A DNA stretch of 64,000 bases, taken from the NCBI GenBank assembly GCA_937625935.1, contig OW569371.1, positions 1 to 64,000 of the forward strand. The letters run 5' to 3'. Of this stretch, positions 63,301 to 64,000 are shown in pieces. The translations under genes were made by a program, and so were the position numbers. The DNA is from Tetramitus jugosus (taxonomy: Eukaryota; Protista; Heterolobosea). Below the pieces are notes generated by a model that had not been told where the DNA came from, searched no databases, and saw only the letters and a list, made by a program, of their open reading frames with translations. How positions within the stretch are numbered: the first letter of the stretch is position 1; the number at the start of each line of letters is the position of its first letter.

Positions 63301-64000
63301 TTTTTTGAACTTCTTCTAGAATCTCATTACACCGAGTTAGTGTGCTCAGTACATTCTCTTCATTGGTCTGTTCAACAACATTCCGATTCATATTTGTCCT
63401 CGCCATCAAGCCCCGAAACTCATTATCGACTGAGGAGAATTTTGCAGCCTCTTCATGAAGTTGTCTCTTGATATCATCAGAGCTAAAGATGAACTCTAGG
63501 TAGGCCCAATTCTTCTGGCATGTTAGCCACTCTTCAAGAACGTCAGCTACATTTGACAGTTTGGTCTCCCATTCTTCAACTCGTTTCTTCACACCAACAA
63601 TGTATTGAGATGCCAAAACGGTTTGCAATAGTACTTGGTTATCCTCTAATAGCTGGAAAATATGCTCTGTTGATCCCAGTATAAATACATCCTTCTGTTT
63701 TCGATATTGTACAATTGTAAACTCCATTCCCTTCCATGAGTTTTCAATTTTATCCAAAATATTTGTCAACTCAGCCTCACCTGTAGCCATGGAAGATATC
63801 TCGGATATTAAATCTTTACATTCGAAAATTCCGATCTTAGCCAACGTTTGAAGATCGTACGATGTAAAATTTTCATCTCTTCCCATTCCTTTGAAAATTT
63901 GTTGCCAATGATATGCCTTCATGTCAGAATTTCCTATCATAAGAATAACAGGCATTTTATCTCTCCACAATTTCACACTGTTGAGCAACTCTTGCGTGAC
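54341..64000 (-). CDS. DNAH6: Axonemal inner-arm dynein heavy chain, DNAH6-like (5' end beyond the window)
   Basis: P-loops GPAGTGKT, GEASTGKS, GATGVGKT and GVGGSGR, plus CFDEFNRID, SEQLSKQDHYDFGMRAVKS (DNAH6-type), stalk/MTBD and the C-terminal HWIQRGVALL. Confidence 0.93.
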   Translation of the reverse strand, partial: VTQELLNSVKLWRDKMPVILMIGNSDMKAYHWQQIFKGMGRDENFTSYDLQTLAKIGIFECKDLISEISSMATGEAELTNILDKIENSWKGMEFTIVQYRKQKDVFILGSTEHIFQLLEDNQVLLQTVLASQYIVGVKKRVEEWETKLSNVADVLEEWLTCQKNWAYLEFIFSSDDIKRQLHEEAAKFSSVDNEFRGLMARTNMNRNVVEQTNEENVLSTLTRCNEILEEVQKNLEDFLETKREAFPRFFFLSNDELLEILSQTREPRAVQPHLSKCFDNIKSLHFKEDSRSEILAMLSAEGERVEFSQPVIPQGNVEYWLQNVENMMRQSLHDTLKECLFAYEENSRDSWITSFPAQCILTCEQINWTKDVSQALTEVENDTNKNALKEYRARFVRVIEGMVRMVRHPDMDSLHRTIMNALLVVDVHARDVIDRLIHKGCSSTNDFEWTMQLRYYWEDDINNCTIRQGNASFLYGYEYLGNQPRLVITPLTDRCFMTCTGALNLFLGAAPQGPAGTGKTESVKDLAKALARQCVVFNCSEGLKVKMMSRMFSGLAQAGAWACFDEFNRIDVEVLSVVAQYMRIIQRAIMAKEDHFLFDDRDINLNPNYGVFITMNPGYAGRTELPDNLKALFRPVAMMIPDYALIAEIMLFSEGFGTARTLAQKMTRLFKLSSEQLSKQDHYDFGMRAVKSILVTAGALKRKDQELSEDVVLIRAMRDSNVPKFLREDVVLFMAIIQDLFPGLVLPTSNHGDLLAAIESDLLKNNLQLVPEYTGKILQLHETMAVRHGVMLVGEASTGKSTAYRTLQNAMTSLHETKQLFEKVNTHILNPKSIRMEELYGDMSEQTHEWHDGIVAKIARSAVEDKSQHFHWIVFDGPVDALWIENMNTVLDDNKMLCLTNGQRIKLPSTVISVFEVRDLAVASPATVSRCGMVYLEESHLDGVWGPMIKSWLKQVGKRLPEKVERISQMVDILVGPTLEFIRTECKEYIRSVNSNLVCSLMHLFDALTVPARGVNLKTNLFFPEKDTTLPSIIPDQTTEEKIVDEKEDSEHRKEDDLVSEGIQVDASKLVDMYFVFAYIWSLGANLDDSSRSKFHSFALDLIRTVTPDFPEERTVFDYCVDIASQTYKLWDNIVPLFYYEPNLSFSKMLVPTPDTVKHQYLMEAILSVNRNILITGATGVGKTLTINQLLIDQLRTEDTKSKHLSININLSAQTTSKNLQDIIQEKLESKRKTLLGAPAGKTAIIFIDDLNMPKLEQYGAQPPIELLRQTIDQGGFYDRQKLFFIHVRDTNFIAACAPPGGGRNEVTSRLLRHFHMINIPLLTDDSMQTIFSSILSAFFSEFSASVFDSVGNVVAASLEMYDQLKKHLLPRPSTSHYTFNLRDLSKLFQGMLQARSSTLKEEEQVARLWVHEGSRVFCDRLVSSSDTLWFQMLQQEMLEKHFNLSYDTMTIQEIVFTDIMAGDDRLYEQISDVNSLVHLLQDNLLDYNVEKNSDVDLVFFKDAIQHLLRLYRVIKQPRGNALLVGVGGSGRHSLVRLGAYIAQYSCVELEITRNFKHAHFREALKQILLNTGCEARPYVFLFSDSQVLEESFLEDIHNILNSGEIVGLYEPEDMERILREVRPKVKELGLVETKDVIYRHFVTLVRENLHICLCMNPIGDAFRTRLRMFPSLVNNCTIDWYSEWPKDALFSVAKNILQDNILIRDSGSIDQICTICVSIHTSVEKYSTLFLNELRRHNYTTPTSYIELVKLYAKMLSQQHTYISTQLDKFRGGLHKLAETNESVEKLQTYLTEQKPILNQAVKDIAHLTIQIESEKKQADEVRKVVAQERVECQEFMERTQTIRDECQEELDKAMPAFEKANEAVGALSPQHIYEIKAMRNPPQMFKILMETICILFGKKPNWDESVKMLTETTFLKNLKEFDKDKVQDSTLKKLKRYLDLPNFQPESVRKQTSEAGGFMCTWVHNIYTYCVISRNIAPKQQALETAETELNSAKQVLAQKEQSLTEIERSVFDLERQLLEAEQKKKQLKFETKQTENRLIRAEKLLSGLSGEESRWKQQALTLEGQIKNLIGDILLAAGSVAYLGPFTSDFRQRLIEDWRAQCNDISISATFLLTSIVDPIQLREWSIQGLPSDSFSNDNAVLVSAGNRWPLMIDPQGQANKWIKNMERSRGLRVIKANDRDLSRKIESAIRVGAPTLIENVGEELDPVLEPVLLRQTFRDGPRIMIRIGDQNIEYNSNFKLYMTTKLPNPHYMPEVCIKVTVINFTVTEGGLEDQLLADVVRSERPDLEQQKDTLTTQISEGKNQLKETQDKILSLLHQPSDTNILDDDILIETLNSSKAVSEKVSDSLHQAEETAKEIDSTREMYRSVASRGSILYFVVSSMSEVDPMYQNSLQFFKTMFNKCLREAQQSTDLDKRLDMLINYITDVTYDIVCRGLFEKDKLLFSFLMTVQIMRYQGAISDSEWRYFLRGNSERSMSPISWLPDSVWNQLAGLDKLDGYEGLIESVKSRAHEDNWKKLYLSDDVMKEIIPDRYEASLSQWRKLLLVKVLREEKLIFAISKLVSTYLGPKFIVNPQPELESIFKDTSSNTPIIFVLSSGADPQALFDKFVEDREYSERVLRLSLGKGQGKKAAQYVSQAMQSGDWVFLQNCHLAVSWMEEMERLVEELIEKKETNPNFRLWLTSMPTTKFPVSVLQASIKITNEPPKGLKSNIQRSFKGMDDRTYENCTKPREWKKLAFGLIFFHALIQERRKFGSLGWNVPYEWNASDLDASLRSLKLYLNEQPTVPWEALRYTIGVIHYGGRVTDFLDLRCVESLLSKFFTSEIVNDDSYAFQETSDTYCAPPESELEKVRTFIAGLPSTESPEVFGLHHNANITYQQKETTELLNTIISIQPRSESTSVSKVGSRSSSRSGNRDSKPTATTKEKSSNDIVIETAQDFLDRLPGPLDMKLADPSTFVMASNGTMNCLGTFLSQEVVQYNKLLSVVKRSLEELQKAVNGFVLMSSELELMYSCFLYQKVPDLWSRNAYHSRKSLQSWFTDLCFRISFLRKWIVNGPPSCFLISCFFFPQGFLTAVLQTHARNYLIAIDKLAFKTTVLTKNQDLVYAPPKTGVYVRGLHLQGARWDSDAGSLVESNAGELFTEMPTLWLEPIAKEESTKKNLQYDCPVYKTTSRAGALSTTGISTNFVMSVQLNIGIYKSEDHWIQRGVALLLETD

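Noticed and set aside
27382-63471. Many short antisense or alternate-frame ORFs overlapping aconitase, the RCC1 receptor, Exo70 and dynein
   Set aside because: They are shadow ORFs expected from codon bias in long genes and show no independent domain signal.

Overview
This window is the left end of a eukaryotic (protist) chromosome, read in the standard genetic code with short GT-AG introns. It has three zones. (1) 1-801 is a (CCCAAA)n telomere, i.e. TTTGGG on the G-strand. (2) ~0.8-21.4 kb is a subtelomeric accessory zone. It mixes intact intronless genes (three F-box genes, a PhyH-like 2OG-Fe(II) dioxygenase, a RAMA-like gene, an orphan) with scrambled, frameshifted remnants. The remnants are a RAG1/Transib-like DDE transposase split into two collinear pieces, an intervening SAP/MULE-like/chromodomain cassette, a MazF/PemK-like RNase with an overlapping small upstream ORF, MYND and Cys-rich pseudogenes, a Penelope-like N-terminal motif, a MITE-like inverted repeat and a ~470-bp inverted duplication bracketing ~11 kb. 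(3) ~21.4-64 kb is a compact core region: Ku70, HACD/PHS1, cytosolic aconitase, a truncated P2-like ribosomal protein, UVRAG/Vps38, APC4, a ~4,740-aa RCC1/EGF/REJ/GPS polycystin-1-like receptor, two small membrane proteins, Exo70 and a partial DNAH6-like axonemal dynein heavy chain. The gene style and the giant RCC1-EGF protein suggest a heterolobosean/discobid-like flagellate (inference). All domain calls come from manual motif recognition; no searches were run.
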